From Fimicolochytrium jonesii (Eukaryota): a stretch of 64,000 nt of DNA. The stretch covers positions 434,001 through 498,000 of the forward strand of contig NW_026515674.1 of the NCBI RefSeq assembly GCF_025526975.1, written 5' to 3'. The notes beneath the pieces are model-generated. The model was not told the DNA's origin, searched no databases, and saw only the letters and a program-made list of their open reading frames with translations. The translations under genes and the position numbers were made by a program. This document shows, piece after piece, positions 24,420 to 37,929 of the stretch. Every line of letters starts with the position of its first letter. The first letter of the stretch is position 1.

Positions 24420-27400
24420 ATGCCGACTGATTCCGAGCGAACACTTTCGATAGGCCCTGGCGCCTCGCACCCTTCGCGAGGTGTTTCCACAGCATCCGGC
24501 CTCTCGAGCAGCCCGGCGGGACAGCACGGAGATGGCGGCTTAGGGGATGCCTCACAGCTGACGACCCTGCGCTTTGCGAGAGCTCTTTATGACTTCGCTG
24601 CAAATGAGCGCGACGAATTGATGCTCGAGGAAGAGGACATCGTGCAGGTGCTCAAGATCGACGAAAAGGGAGGCTGGATGTTTGGCCTCAAGAACGGGGT
24701 GTGGGGCTGGTTTCCGACGAATTTCGTCCAGATGCTCACAGACAGTGAGGCGGTCCTAGAAGGCTTGCTTGAAGCCGCACAAATTGGGAAACCCATAAGC
24801 TTTGCGCCCGGGACTCCCACGACCCCATCGCCACATATGAATGCCGCCCTCCACGACTCAAAGCAGGGCTCGGAGTACGGTTTCTTTCCGCCTTCGACGT
24901 CGTCCCAGCACATCTCGCTGTCTTTGTCGCAGTCGCCCTCAACAAACTCGTTGGGAGATGACAGTAGTGGCGGGCGCCAGGTGCCTGGCACACGCAACTG
25001 GGCAGCTAAATATAAGGCGATGCCAAGGTATTCCAAGCGGGTGTCGGGCACCGGATTGGATGAGCTAGAAACAGCGATAGAAAGTGGCATTAAGGAGGCG
25101 CTGGCGCGGCCGAAATCTGAAATCACGAATGTCCCTGAGGAAGCTATCAATGTCAAAGAAGTGGCATCACGGAAAGGGTCCTTGCGAAAAAAGGACCTGA
25201 AGTTTCTGGGAGGCAGTTTTGCGGAGCGATCGAAAACGGTTACGATGGTCAATCAGGTGCATGCAATACCGCGCCAGCGATGGGTCGATGTCATGGGCGG
25301 CGCAGAAGAGGTGGCCAAACTAGGGCTGGACAAGAAAGAGATCCAAAGACAAGAAGTGATACATGAGATTGCCGTTACGGAAAAGGATTATGTTGCCGAT
25401 TTGGAGATCATTATTAACGTGTACATGAACCCAATGAAGAAAAAGTTGCTACTGCCGGCTAAAGATATGGCAATCATCTACTCCAACGTGGAGCAGTTGT
25501 TACCGGTGAATCAAGTAAGTCCTCTTATGAGTCAGTTCACAAAAGAGCCTCTGTTATTGAACTTAGACGTCGAATCCAGAAATTATTGCAGTACCTGGAT
25601 GAGCGGTTAGCACAAGGACCAGTCGTAGAACAAGTTGGTGACATCTTCATACGCGTGGTATGGCATGGCCGGTGGCTGAAAGTGCAAGTCAAAAGAACGG
25701 CAATAACTGAGGCATAAACAACGGGCTTGCGCAGAGCGACTTTCTGAAAATGTACACGATGTACTGCCGAAATCACCCATATGCGCTGATGAAGTATCAA
25801 GCCGTACGGCAAAATAAGTCCGTCGCGAAGTTCATGGATGTAAGCCGTTCATGAATGTCCCATCAGAATGTCTTCTCTGGCCGTGGCTTACATGTTCCCC
25901 TTTCGAACGTAGAACGCCGTATCGGAAAGCCGGATGATGAGTCTGGCCGACTTTCTGTAAAGTCTCAAGCCACTGGTTTCGAGTCGTGGCTAGCAGAAAT
26001 TCTGACCGGATGTATATGCAGGATAAAGCCCGTACAACGAATCTGCAAATATCCTTTACTGATTCGGGTGAGTCCTTGTTGCAAGAAGGAGCGATTGATG
26101 AAATGCCTTTGAGAGGTGCGCTTTTATGAGGACAAAGGGAGAATGTGCTGTCTACCTACAGTAGAGCTACGATGGGATTGATGCCGACGCACAAGGAAGC
26201 CCCGGGCTACCAACTGTCCGAATGCTACCGTGCGACCGGCGAATAAGGATCCTTTGCCATAGACCTCATCCCATTTCATTTGACATGCCGAATCTAGGAA
26301 GCAATGAAAAACACAAACCAGGATCATCCTGATTATGCAAATCTGCAACAAGCTCTTTTGAAGATCGAAACTGTGGTTACGATCGTCAACGAGGGGGCTA
26401 GGCAGGCGGAAGCGGTGCAGCGAATGTTGGAGATCCAAGGGAGGTTCACAACGGTAAAACATCGCTCTCCGAGTACGTCTGGCAGACCCCAGATATTGAC
26501 AAGCCTTTGGGTCTTCCATCCAGAAAATGAATATCGTAGCCCCATGGAGGCAGCTGCTGAAGTCTTCTTCGATGGACTTGGTCAAGTCGAACGGTGATCG
26601 ATCACGACGGGAAACTTTTCTCTTCAACGACATGTTTTTGCTGGCCAAAGGACATGGCGGTGACGATCAAAAGCTGAAGCTTACAGACATGATCCCTTTC
26701 GACAAGATCTTGATCAATATACCGTCTGGTAAGTTCACTGGAGGTGATGCAAATTGGCAGCTTGTCCGAATCCATGAGAGGTTTCGCTCTCCTCACCATT
26801 TCGTCCGGTTCCTCTCGCAGTTGGCACGGATCACCTTATCGAAATTGCTCATGTCAACGTTGCACGCTACACATTAGCGTGCGATACGGCTGAGCACAAA
26901 CAGCAATGGATCGAAGCCCTCAAAGATGCCACACGAACTTGGGTCGCGCAGAAGAACCGAGGAAACACCAGTGGTCCCCACATTGGGGCGCCCCTTGATG
27001 CACATGCATCGGGTGTGTCGCCGACTGCGAGTTCGGGACAAGTCGCAGCCCCACAGGGACCTGATGACCAGGTGTTGTCAGCACCCGTTGCGGTGCCAAT
27101 CCCGACCACGAGAATGGATGCGATTGCTGAGGCATCTACAAAGATAGTGCAGAGACCTGTCTTGACGTCGGATTACTCGCAAATCAGCGACATTGGCATT
27201 ATCGAAGACGATATCATTGTGAACGACGATGTGCCGGATGAGCAAGCCGCCCCGCCTGTGCAAGCAGTCAAATCTTTTTCTCTGGGAAGCGGTGGTGCCC
27301 TCAACCGGTCTTCGCTCAACAGTTTGTCTTCATTGGGAGGCCGGACGGGTGGTCGCTCTGCGACATCATCTATACATGAAGAGATGTCTCCCGCACCATC

Positions 27401-28691
27401 TCCACCACCCATCAGAGCACCCAAGCCTGGGTTGCCCTCCAAGCCTACCGACTTGAAGAAGACGGCATCCACTCAGGAGGCGTTGCCAGCTTTGCCGCCA
27501 CTACCTCGCAAACCCAGCCAGTTACCTCCTGCTATACCCCAGCAAGAGCCCGCCGAAGCCACCATTTCCAAATCTACATCCATTCCAAGCATCACAGCGG
27601 ATTCGTCCCCAGGAGCTCCCGAAGCACCCGCAATCCCACGCAGAGTCTCGGTCCGGCTCACCGGCAATCCTTTTATCATGCAAGATCACGGTCAATCGCC
27701 TCGCAGAACCACGATAAGCGATGCCAGAGTGCCTTCGACTGGCGACGACGCCGCTGCAAAGGATGAGTCGAAGATACCGCGCCCGGCGAGTCTGCAGATT
27801 CCAGCCCCGTCCTCTGCGTTGACAAATAAGAACCTGCAAACGCCCCCAAAACCGCCGACACCCATTTCCACGTCCAAGGCGCCGCCCCCGCTGCCCAGCA
27901 CCCCGGCGCCAAAAACAAGTTCAGGAACCACGCCGAATCGATCGCGAGAGGTTTCGGCACAGCCGCCCGCATCCTCGCCGCCATCCACAGGCGGAGCCTT
28001 GAAACCCGCGACAACAACAACAACAACAACAACAACAGCTGCGGCAGAACCACCCAAGTCCGCAATACCAGTACGTGCACCAACCTCGTTGGCGACCTTG
28101 CGTACCAAACCAGTGCGAAAGGCCCTCATCACAGATGTTGTAAAACCGGGCGGGTCATCCAAAGGCGGTGCTACGGGGAAAGACTACGTCTATCATGTAC
28201 AAGTTTTCTACGTCTCCGTGCCGGATGATCAAACAACGACCATCCGGCAGACATACGAGGACTTCTTCGACTTGCATATGCAGCTTATAGGCCATTTTCC
28301 GGAAGAAGCTGGTGTCCGAGTCGCGCCTATGCGGTCGAGGGGTGACTCGACATCGGAAGTTGAGGCGATGCCAGGGGGATGGTCGGAGGGTCCGAAAAGG
28401 ATCATTCCTGAGCTTCCAGGACAAATGATGTTTGTGAGTGAAGCGGCGGCAAAGGGGCGGATGGCACAGCTACAAAGCTACATCCAGGTTTGTGCCGTTG
28501 AGTTCTGCATTACCCTCCGACGGAAGGATATCTGACCTTGTACATCACAGGCGATATTGGCTCTCCCACCCAAGATCTCGCGATCACCTGTGACTCTCGC
28601 TTTCTTTAGAAACGATGGGAAAAACGCATTATTAGCATGCGCGAATGTTGCCAATGGATCCACGGACTCTCTCCCACTGGAGACGAACTGA
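24420..28691 (+). CDS. Rho GEF with SH3-DH-PH-(Pro-rich)-PX architecture
   Basis: SH3 ARALYDF..GWFPTNFV; DH RQEVIHEIAVTEKDYVADL..FLIKPVQRICKYPLL..VNEG; PH FLFNDMFLLAK..KQQWIEAL; PX YEDFFDLHMQLIGHFPEEAG..IPELPG; stop 28689-28691. Confidence 0.88.
28011..28037 (+). repeat. (ACA)9 microsatellite encoding poly-Thr in the RhoGEF linker
   Basis: acaacaacaacaacaacaacaacaaca in frame in ORF 27015..28535. Confidence 0.9.
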
Positions 28692-28975
28692 AATCATCAA
28701 GTGCTCTTGTTGATCCATAGTGTGAATATATTTTGTATGATTCCGGCGTCTTTGCTAGCAGATAACTGTCGTTCGATATCTTTTATTTCCCAAAAAAGTT
28801 ACGCCGGTCTGAAGAAGACTGAGCTTCGTGTGTTCCGTCATCCAGACATGTTGAGAGGGAACCCCTACACTACGTGGCTTCAATCCCTTCTAAGAGCGAT
28901 CTACCCATTCCCTTCGGAAACAGATCCTGAAACCCGATGACATCCCCAGTCCCAATTTCCGAAAGTCGGAAATTA

Positions 28976-31542
28976 CTACATGGGAAGCGTAGGGACTGCT
29001 GGCCGGACAATGCCGGCAGCAGCTACGGCGGCGGGAACGGTATACATATTCTGTATGACCTCAACCGAAGGAATCCCCTGCGCTTCTTGGAACTCGCTTT
29101 CGGGTGCTTGGCACACCAGCTGCAGAAGGCGTCTCCGTACCCTTTCGGCGACCATGGCTTCCTGCTCGATCGTGACTTGGCCACCGCTCAAGCGATTGAC
29201 GTGCTTGGCGTACCAGTCCACCAGATCGGCGCTATTGCTTCCCAGAAGGGATGACGGGTCCTTCCGTTGCAACTGGGCTTCCAATTCCGGGTCCTGCACG
29301 CCAATGGCTGCAGGTGGCAGAATGGGCCTGATGTCAACGCCCTCTTTGCGATAGAGTTCCACCTCGGCGATTTCAATGAGACGATCGAACGCTTTTTCCA
29401 GATGCCGGACACGGTCTCCGACGTCAACGGTTCCCCATTCCGTTCTCACTTTGGCTGTGACAGGGGCCATTAAGGTCTCTGGTTGTTGTAGTATTCCTAC
29501 AGCCGTGTCCATGATCTCAACGGCCCCGCCGCTCGCTTTGTTGACGGATTCGTCCGCATATCGTTGTATTTCTGCCGGGAGCGTCCTCGCGAATTTCCGA
29601 AGACTGGAGACGTACGCTTCGCCTTCGGCCGAACCGTAGACGTGGCTTCGAAGCGTAGATTCGAGCGGGATCTTTTCGGGACTTTCCCAGTATTTGTATG
29701 GGCCGGACTCGAGTACTGTGCCTGCAAAGTCTATCGCATCAGCGGGAGACCGGTTTTTGGCTGGCCCTTTAACAACCGAGCTGCCCACTTACGGAATAGT
29801 TCGTCTTTGTCAACTTCCTTTAGCGAGTGTTTTCGGGCAGATGAGAATCGATGCAAGATTTCATCGAACCGCGAAGTTTTATGAGCGTTCCACGAGCGGT
29901 CTGGGAGACCAACCCGACAGTCAGGATTTAGGGACAACAAGCATTGCGACGTAGCCGACGCACCTTTGGAGCTCGTTCCATCTGGTCTTACTTGCGCGCA
30001 CAGGCGCAAAGCAAGCTCTTCAGCAGGTTTGTACCTCTTCGAATACTTCCTTTTCACCTCGCCACGCTTTGCTCCTACTTCTGATGTATTCTGCAAAATC
30101 TCCAGTTGTTAAGCGTCGCGTTCCGGCGATGCTGTGACAGAGGAGCTTGATAGACTTACAGTGGAGGCATGAGCGCTGCCATCTTCGGGCACAACAGGCT
30201 CGTCCGCGACATTCTTCTCCTCGCGCTCGATCAACCTGTTTCCGTACTCCTCGAGCTTCTCAGTTTCTCTCACTATAACAGTGTCTGGGGGGTTATAGGT
30301 CTTTGCGTTGGTGACCACCAAATGGAAATCGTGCTGCGTGAAATAATGAGTAGCTGATCCGGCGAAAGGACAATGATGGCAGGTCTCACTTTGAACTCTG
30401 CACATGTTCTGTACACGCGTCGTTGAATCTTTCGTTCCATTGTCCCTGTGAAAATACTCCGTTAGCCGAAGGCTAAGCCCGAGGTAAACAGAGTACCAAT
30501 CTTTACCGAAGTCCATAGGCTCTTTCACAACCGTAAGGTAGTCTGTGATGACTGATGTATCGACGGGATCGAGAAAGAATCCATATTGATCCTTCCTGAG
30601 AACGAGCAAACCGTGTCAGGAATGTGGCGCCATCAGAGTCGAGGAGAATTGTAAGGCCATTTTCGACGAGCCACCTTTTCAAAGCAACAAGTATCTTGGA
30701 AAGAATAATATGCAGACTCTTTTTCTTCGGCTTCCATACACCTTTCCCGTCGGTGACCCGCCTCTTTGGCGTGAAACCTTTCCCACGACTTTTCGTTTTC
30801 CGAGTAGGCTTCTGAGGCAGTCTGCCGTCGTTGGCTGTACTCCCTTCGATCAATGCATTTGGCCCACTGTTCGCGGCGTCCTTTCCCATTTCCATATCGT
30901 CGCCATCGTCAAGATCTAGCCCATCATCCTCATCCCCATCGTCGCCCAAGTGATCTAATGCATCGTCTAGTCGGACGCGTTTGGCCAAGGGATTTAACCT
31001 CTCCGTCAGTTCAGGGGCCGGACGCTTCCCGGAGCTCGTTCTCGACAAGTCCTTCGGTGATGCCGGACTCGTGGCATTCACACTGAGCTCTTCTGAGTCC
31101 TCAGCGCTATCGCCGTGGCTTGCTCGACTTGAAGTATTGGTATGTTCCGGAACGGACGGTATCGCTGAAGCCTTGTATATTTTCGGTGGCTTAAACAAAA
31201 GCTTGATAGGAACTGATGGCTCATGTTCTGAGGACAGTTTTCTGCTGCGAATCTTATTATCGTCGTTCCGGTCCGCCGCGCTCGCGGGTCTGGTAGGCTT
31301 TACGCCAAACGCCCGCGCCGCTTCCGAAGCACTCATCCCTTTCCGGGGGCCATTGTTCTTACGCGCACCAGGAGTCCCAGCAGAAGACTGACCCTGATGG
31401 GCGCTGGAGCTAGCACTCAGAGGAGCGCTCCCAGCTCCAAGCTTGATGGAAAGCCTTATACGAGGTTGACCTGTTGACACAGCGTCAGTTTCGCGGCTGG
31501 GCTTTAAATATCCACACAAATTAGCCAACCTTTTTCAGACAT
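28976..31542 (-). CDS. Bromodomain-containing protein (BRD7/BRD9-like)
   Basis: MSEK|GQPRIRLSIKLG, basic/acidic low-complexity N-terminus, bromodomain RKDQYGFFLDPVDT..DYLTVVKEPMDFG..LVVTNAKTYNPPDT, and a later VYGSAEGEAYVSSLRKF motif. Confidence 0.8.
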
Positions 31543-31943
31543 GAGCAAACTTGTATATGAGGCGAAAGGAAAGCGACTCTCCCTCTCAATGGTTGCAACT
31601 CTCGTCGGACTATAGCGAGGGAGCGGGTGATATGACTTTTGAAGTGGTGAAGTTCTCAATTTGAAAGGAGGCAGGGCAGGGTGGGAAAATGGACAACGCG
31701 TTTGGCAGGTTTGGCGTGGTGGCATCGCAGGATCTCATTCACAAATGTGAAAAGCTGTGCACATGCACATGCCCTCGAGAAAACCGTTCATGCCACACAT
31801 GCATAGACTGTATATATATATGTTTACGAATGGCAAGCACCGAGGGGACAACCTCGCAGATGAGCTAGCAGTTTACGCTCAGTTGCTAAGTTACTGCATC
31901 TCAAATCTATAGTATGTAACATCAAACGTCGATTCTATACAAA

Positions 31944-32708
31944 TCACGGCAAAGCAACAGTGCCGTGTCGAGGAACGTGCGAAGAGTGGCCGGGGCCGGG
32001 GCCAATCCCCTCCCCCTCCAACGCAACCGCCCATAATGCTGCTCCTACAATATTCGTAAACATAAAGAGGATCCCTACCCCGGGAATCATCTCTAGAAGT
32101 ACCATCACAGCCCCAGCACTCATATACGCCGCTCTGTTCTGCTTTACGAATTTGTGCCCTTCGCTGAAACCGCTATTCCTTAGATCAAACCAATGGAGAT
32201 GTTGATTCCACCCAGCAAGATAGCCGTTCAAGAACAGGAACAGAACGGTTCCGGCGCCTGGTATGAGGTTGAGCGGCGCCGTTACGATTAAAACGAGGAT
32301 TCGAGCGAAGACGGTGTATAGAATCCATACTCCTGCATGTGCTATTCCCAACCAGCATCCTCTTGCACAGCTGCCCTGTCCTGCCGCCGTTCCGGTGGAT
32401 AACGCCACGACAGCGTCGAATAACTCGTCCGCGACGACGGGAAGGCATATCGCCACGAAAAGTATGCTCGCAACGCAAATTTCTATCAAGACCAATATGA
32501 CCGCTATTATCCAAGCAAGCCAGGCCGGGAGATGGATGTCGAGGCCGTGGGCTTGCGGGGCCAGCGCAAAGACGAACAGAACGACGGTCGACGCCAGCGA
32601 GAAGGCGATGGAGAAGAGTAGCGGGCAGAGCACTTTGAGCCATAGACTTGGATGCGCCAGGAAGTAGAGAACCCCCCTCAAAGGGTAGGTCCACGCCGAT
32701 AGAAGCAT
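31944..32708 (-). CDS. EI24/CysZ-like (Rrt8/Lds-type) multi-pass membrane protein
   Basis: YPLRGVLYFLAHPSLW, ELFDAV, PLNLIPGAG, LLEMIPGVGILFMFTNIVGAALWA; intronless. Confidence 0.82.
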   Translation of the reverse strand: MLLSAWTYPLRGVLYFLAHPSLWLKVLCPLLFSIAFSLASTVVLFVFALAPQAHGLDIHLPAWLAWIIAVILVLIEICVASILFVAICLPVVADELFDAVVALSTGTAAGQGSCARGCWLGIAHAGVWILYTVFARILVLIVTAPLNLIPGAGTVLFLFLNGYLAGWNQHLHWFDLRNSGFSEGHKFVKQNRAAYMSAGAVMVLLEMIPGVGILFMFTNIVGAALWAVALEGEGIGPGPGHSSHVPRHGTVALP

Positions 32709-33051
32709 CACCGCCCCGACGAGGTGAGATACGACCTCGCTATGAGATGTGCTAGTGAGGCGTCGGCTTGTGGGATTCCGAGTGCTGAAGTTATTGCGGG
32801 GCTCCCCAAGACGCAGCAGCGGAGGCCGTCACTGAAGTTGAACCTTTGGAAGAAGAATTACGACACGATGCGAGGGAGAAGCGAGCAGCGCTTTTGCAGC
32901 TGCGTGACAAGACTTCCAATAGTTGTAGAGTTCGCTAAGTTCAAATGTCTGAGAGTTTGCGCGAAGACGCCGCCGCTCCGAGTCCGGCGAACCTTGAAAG
33001 AGCTTGAAAGTTACCGCAAGCCCAATATCGTCGTAGCCCCAGGAACAGCCC

Positions 33052-34226
33052 ATGGTAACAGCGAGCACCGAAGGCATGCCAGACAACAACCCCCGCTCCG
33101 TCACGAAGCACTACTCCGAGGAGATGATGACCGTCCCCTCAACCGATAAAGTCGAGTTGGACGGTCGTCTGTTCCGCGGCGACGCCAGGAAGCACACCTG
33201 TGTCATCCTTACCCATCCATATGGACCGGTAAGCGTTGCCTCTCCAAAAGCGGCGATAGCTGTAGTTGGCCACCCGCTCACGAACTTCCTCGTTTATCTT
33301 TCCTACCCTCCTCGTTCACATGAAAGAATAGTTAGGCGGCAACTTCGAGAACAACGTAGTCAAAGCGTTGTTCGACAACTTTGCAAGTCAGGGCTTCATG
33401 ACCGTGCGATTCAACTTTCGGTAAGGTCAGAACGATAGAAGGGGACACGAAACCGGCAGCAGGGTCTATACTCATACTCTGAGGTCGTGACTTAGTGGGA
33501 CAGGGAGGTCAACGGGCCGAACATCGTTCAAGGGGCAGGGGGAACAAGATGATATCTTGGCGATATGTCGATACATTCGGGAGAAAGAGCATATTAGACC
33601 AAAACACATCATGCTCTGCGTAAGTACCCAGAGGTCGAGGTACAAGCTGAGCGAGCGCAAGGCCTGATGTTCTGTGCTTGCCATCCCAGGGCTACTCATA
33701 CGGCGCGGTGGCAGCAGGCGGCGTCGCCACACAGATTCCAGAGCTCTCCGGTTTCATTGCTGTCAGCTATCCAATTGGAGGTACGGAGAAGACTCACACA
33801 AACGATTCACTAGCTTGGAGCTGACGAACAAGTCATTTCCCGGTCGCATTCGCATCCATAGTATTATGGGCGCTGACATTCTTCGGCACTAATAAGTTCA
33901 AAACCAGCCTGGCCGGCATCCCTTCCCATATTCCCAAGCTGTACATCACCGGCGGGAAAGACGGCTTCACATCTCTGGAGACATTCACAACGTTCGTCGA
34001 GTCGCTCCCAAAAGAGAACATCACCTCAGTAGTGGTAAAAGAAGCAAACCACTTCTGGGTAGACGGCACGCAGGAGAACCAACTGGTCGCGCATATAAAT
34101 CAGTGGTTAGGCAAGACCGGACTGAACGCGAAAGGCGGGAGAATGGCGGCGTCGGCGCTGTTGCAGAGGGGGACTGGGGTGGTGTCGAGTGCGACCATAC
34201 CGCCGAGCTCGCCTAGTGCTAGATAG
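33052..34226 (+). CDS. Alpha/beta hydrolase
   Basis: Spliced THPYGP|LGGNFENNVV..TVRFNFR|GTGRSTG, nucleophile elbow GYSYG, GGKDGFT, ANHFW. Confidence 0.85.
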
Positions 34227-34403
34227 GTGGGATCAGTGCTTTCATTTTTGGGAAGATGGGACGGCAGTTTTTATTGCTTCAGTATTTCATGTGCCATTGA
34301 ATTTTTCTCAAAATACGGGACCGGCAAAATGGTGAATATGGACATTGGAATACAACCGCCTTTGCAGACCTCCAACCCGATGATCTCACAACCGACTGCG
34401 TAA

Positions 34404-37074
34404 TCAATCGATCTACAGAAACAATGGATCCCGGTGTTAACGAATTGCGCTCCAACACGATCCAGATTATCAGACTCAGACTCACCTTGATCGAACCATA
34501 AATCTTCCTCACGAACTTGAAGCAAGCCGTGAATCCAATCGTCCCCGTGAGAAGGAAGAATAGGATGCTCATGATGGAGGTGTAACCGAAATATAATATC
34601 GTGGACGGTACGTCCGCGATGGTGAGCCGCGTGTAGTAGTATAGCAGCCCGTAAAGGAAGACATAGAGAGCAGATGCTCCGCTGGTCAGGAAGGCTCTCC
34701 ACCACCTATGGAGGAAGGAATGTTAGCATATGCAGTTGAGAAAGTGAAGTCCGGATCACAGCCGTTTACCATCGGTAGTCCTCCGAACACAAATGGAAGT
34801 AACACATCAACACCGTGACCTGACTGCAGGTCAACACCAGGATGACAAACACCAGGAAGAGGAAGCCAAAGACGTAGTAGACTTTGTCATTCCACAGGCT
34901 CGCGAGGATGAAGTACAGCTCGATGAAGATCGCGCCGAATGGTAACACGCCGCCCATGAGGATCGAAGGCAGGGGTCGGAGGTAGAAAGGTTGCTCGGGG
35001 ATTTGGCGAGGGATCTGGTTGGTGCGAACTGGGTGTTCCAATTTCTATGTCAGGGAAAGGACGAGAAGTGAGCCGGGGATTGAGAATGAGCATCAACATT
35101 ATCACAAGTGTGTCTGCTCACGGGCTTCTTGAATCCAAAGTACGCTCCCAAGAAGCACAATGGGACCGAAATCAGGAACCACATCGACATGAGCGCAAAC
35201 AACGTTCCGAATGGCACGGCGCCGGAAGATTTCGCCCCAATGAGGAAGAAGTTCAAGATGAGGAAGATTCCGAAAACAGTTCTATCAATTACAGCGGCGG
35301 AAGTAAGGATCGGCATCGGTATGGGACGTTGGAAACAAATATGAGCAATCGAAATCTCACCCTGGAACCAGCAATGCCGTCAGAGCCACGCTCCTCTTCC
35401 ATTTCTCGCCGTTGAACATCTTGTAGTAGCGAGCAGACGTGTAACCGGCGATACTGCCGAAGAGCACGTAGAAGACGAGCATGACGGTGGAGAGCGACCC
35501 TCTACTTGACGGTGACAGGAATCCAAGAACCGCGAAGGCTGGGAGAATGAAGGCGATTAGACGAGTACACTCAGACGTTGCTAGCCACGTTCTTCAACTT
35601 ACCTAATGTGACGGAAACCATCAAAAACAACTGCGCGCCGCTTCCTATCAGCACAGCGAGGAGCATGGCATACCGTGGCGCGCGGAACACATCGCCATGC
35701 ACGAGCTTCCAACCAAAGTCCTCCTGAGCATCCTCCTGGGCCTCCACAGCGTTGTAACGTGCGATATCTTTGTGAAGAGCTCTGAGGAGAATGATTGCGA
35801 CCATTCCCGTCAAGAACAAAACGATGACCGCAGAGTTCACCAAGCTGAACCAGTGAATCTTTGGATCGTATCCGTGCACTACACAAAAGTGGGCCAATAA
35901 GTCAGATGGTTGTTGAGTCTCTCATGTTTGCGGAGTACAGCGCACATACGATAGTTGTCCCAACGCGTAGCCCAGGGAGTGGTTGATTCCTAGGACGTCC
36001 GCGTATCAGTTACTCTGCCATTCATTTACTCAATGGAGAGAAAATGATACACACCTCCCACTTGACAGTATAGGTAAAGTCGACCTCGGTGATTTCACTG
36101 TCCTTCAAAGTCACCGGATCACCGCTGACGGGCAGTTTGTCGTTGTTACAGCTCTTCACGCTGTTGGGTTGCACCTCCACGCCGACAACTCGGTAGTTCA
36201 CTTTGTCGACGGTGTGATACTTGATTTTGATATCGTAATGATTGTTCAGCAGCTCCAGGTTGTTCTGCAAGCGAGGTTTCAGCTATGGGGAGTCTCGTTC
36301 ACGGATGCCCACCCGACGCTCGTACCTCGACATGACCAAGTTCAAACCCGATTTTATAGAAAGGTCCCTCACTGGAAGAATCGTCCGCCTCGGAAAAAAG
36401 GGTGGCAGCAGGGAGACCATCCACTTCCCTATTCTTATAGGCGATTAGCTGATGATTCGCTTCCAATCTCCAAGGCGCCAAAACTCTCTTTACCAGTGGA
36501 TGAAGTAATTTTCCCGAATCCTGTCGTTGACGAACTGCGCGTGCTCCGGCTTGTATGTAGCATGACAAAGCGTTACGCATTTTTCTTCGTCTCTCAGCAT
36601 CTTCAACTGCATTTTAGGAAGGAGGGCTCAGAAGTTAAGAGACGGGAGACGGGAGACGAAGGGGTTACCCTTCTTTGGTAAACGCCCTTTGCGCAAGCGT
36701 AGATCGCGAATTCGGGGGCTTACCTCAAAGGGGGACGACTTTAAACGGTCCCCGAAAAGAATGCTCCCCAGAGATTCACTCTTCCCATGGATATCGGTAG
36801 GCTGTCCAATTGAAGCCGGAAAGATGAGATCGCGTTCGAAATGGTGATATCACGCTTTCCACACCGCTCTTACTCTGCAAAAGTTGAATTCCTCCTCATA
36901 GTAGTCATATGGTATAACCGTAGCTGCTGAAGACAACGCATTCACAAACAGTGGGACAATGTCATCCTTCTTGTAGTCGTGCGGCGCAACTCCAGGCAGA
37001 TAGAACGCTGTTGCTTTGGCTACAAGACAGACGCAGATCACGAACGCTGCCCACTTCGAACGTCGTTGTGACAT
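34404..37074 (-). CDS. EMP70: Transmembrane 9 superfamily protein (EMP70/TMN2)
   Basis: Signal peptide + [73 protein letters not shown]; 9-nt last exon gives C-terminal IK|ID*. Confidence 0.95.
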
Positions 37075-37435
37075 TATGGTTCAATGAACGAATGCCGGCG
37101 ATAGAACCTCGGATCAGAAGTGGCGAACAGTCACCAGAGCAGTCTCCAGAACGTAGGTTTAGCTCACTGCTATATCGATAATTTAGTAGCGATGTTGCTG
37201 TCGCCTCAGCAAGACGTCGCACTGGCAACCTTTATCACAACCTCCAGATCTAGGCCTTCGCGTGTCATCGTGCGGCTTGCCGGTTGTTGTTCGCCTCGCG
37301 CTCGCGTCGGGTGTCAGATTATTGACCTCACGTGATTTTCACACCTGCACAAAATTTGCATGACAAAACCTGCACTTTCTGACACATTTGCTTCATTTGG
37401 TTATAAATTTGATGCTGTGAGTGCGTATATCGATC

Positions 37436-37508
37436 GGTTCTATGGCCCAATGGTCAAGGCGCCCGCCTACGGAGCGGGAGATTCCAGGTTCGAATCCTGG
37501 TAGAATCG
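37436..37508 (+). tRNA. tRNA-Arg(ACG), intronless
   Basis: Acceptor stem GGTTCTA/TAGAATC, anticodon arm CCCGC-CTACGGA-GCGGG, T-arm CCAGG-TTCGAAT-CCTGG. Confidence 0.95.
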
Positions 37509-37513
37509 TTTTT
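37509..37513 (+). terminator. RNA polymerase III oligo-T terminator
   Basis: TTTTT immediately after the tRNA discriminator base. Confidence 0.75.
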
Positions 37514-37929
37514 GCGTGCGCTCGAAAGGGATCATGATCGAGAAGCAGGCAATTTTTTGCATGGAACACAACACGAACACTTTTTGGGCTGCATGAAGCT
37601 GTGCATCAGCTGTGCATGTTTCCCGTATGTCGCAGCAACCGTAGCCCCAGCTGTGAGCAGTCTGTACGGATGGGATGGGGCCGCCTTGTCCTTCATCAAT
37701 CCTAAGGGGGAATATGGGCTCCCGCAACGCAGAGGTGTTCTCTTTCAACCGAGTTCGCTCTGCGGAGGTTTCTCTTATCATCATAGCACTTGCTTGAAGG
37801 CGCATAAATATGCTGCTGTTCAAAAATTTACATACAACAAAATGCTATATAGGTCTACAGGTGTCTAGCTTCCGCGAGAATCCTACATATGATGTCCCCT
37901 CTCCTGTCTAGCCCCTCGACTCTCTCAGA

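Noticed and set aside
26068..26297. Unusually long (~230 nt) RhoGEF intron as a snoRNA host
   Set aside because: TGATGA is present but there is no downstream CTGA box D or terminal stem; needs an Infernal scan.
37328..37335. TCACGTGA E-box near the TM9SF promoter (also 49502-49509)
   Set aside because: Two 8-mer hits in 64 kb are close to chance; no supporting evidence.
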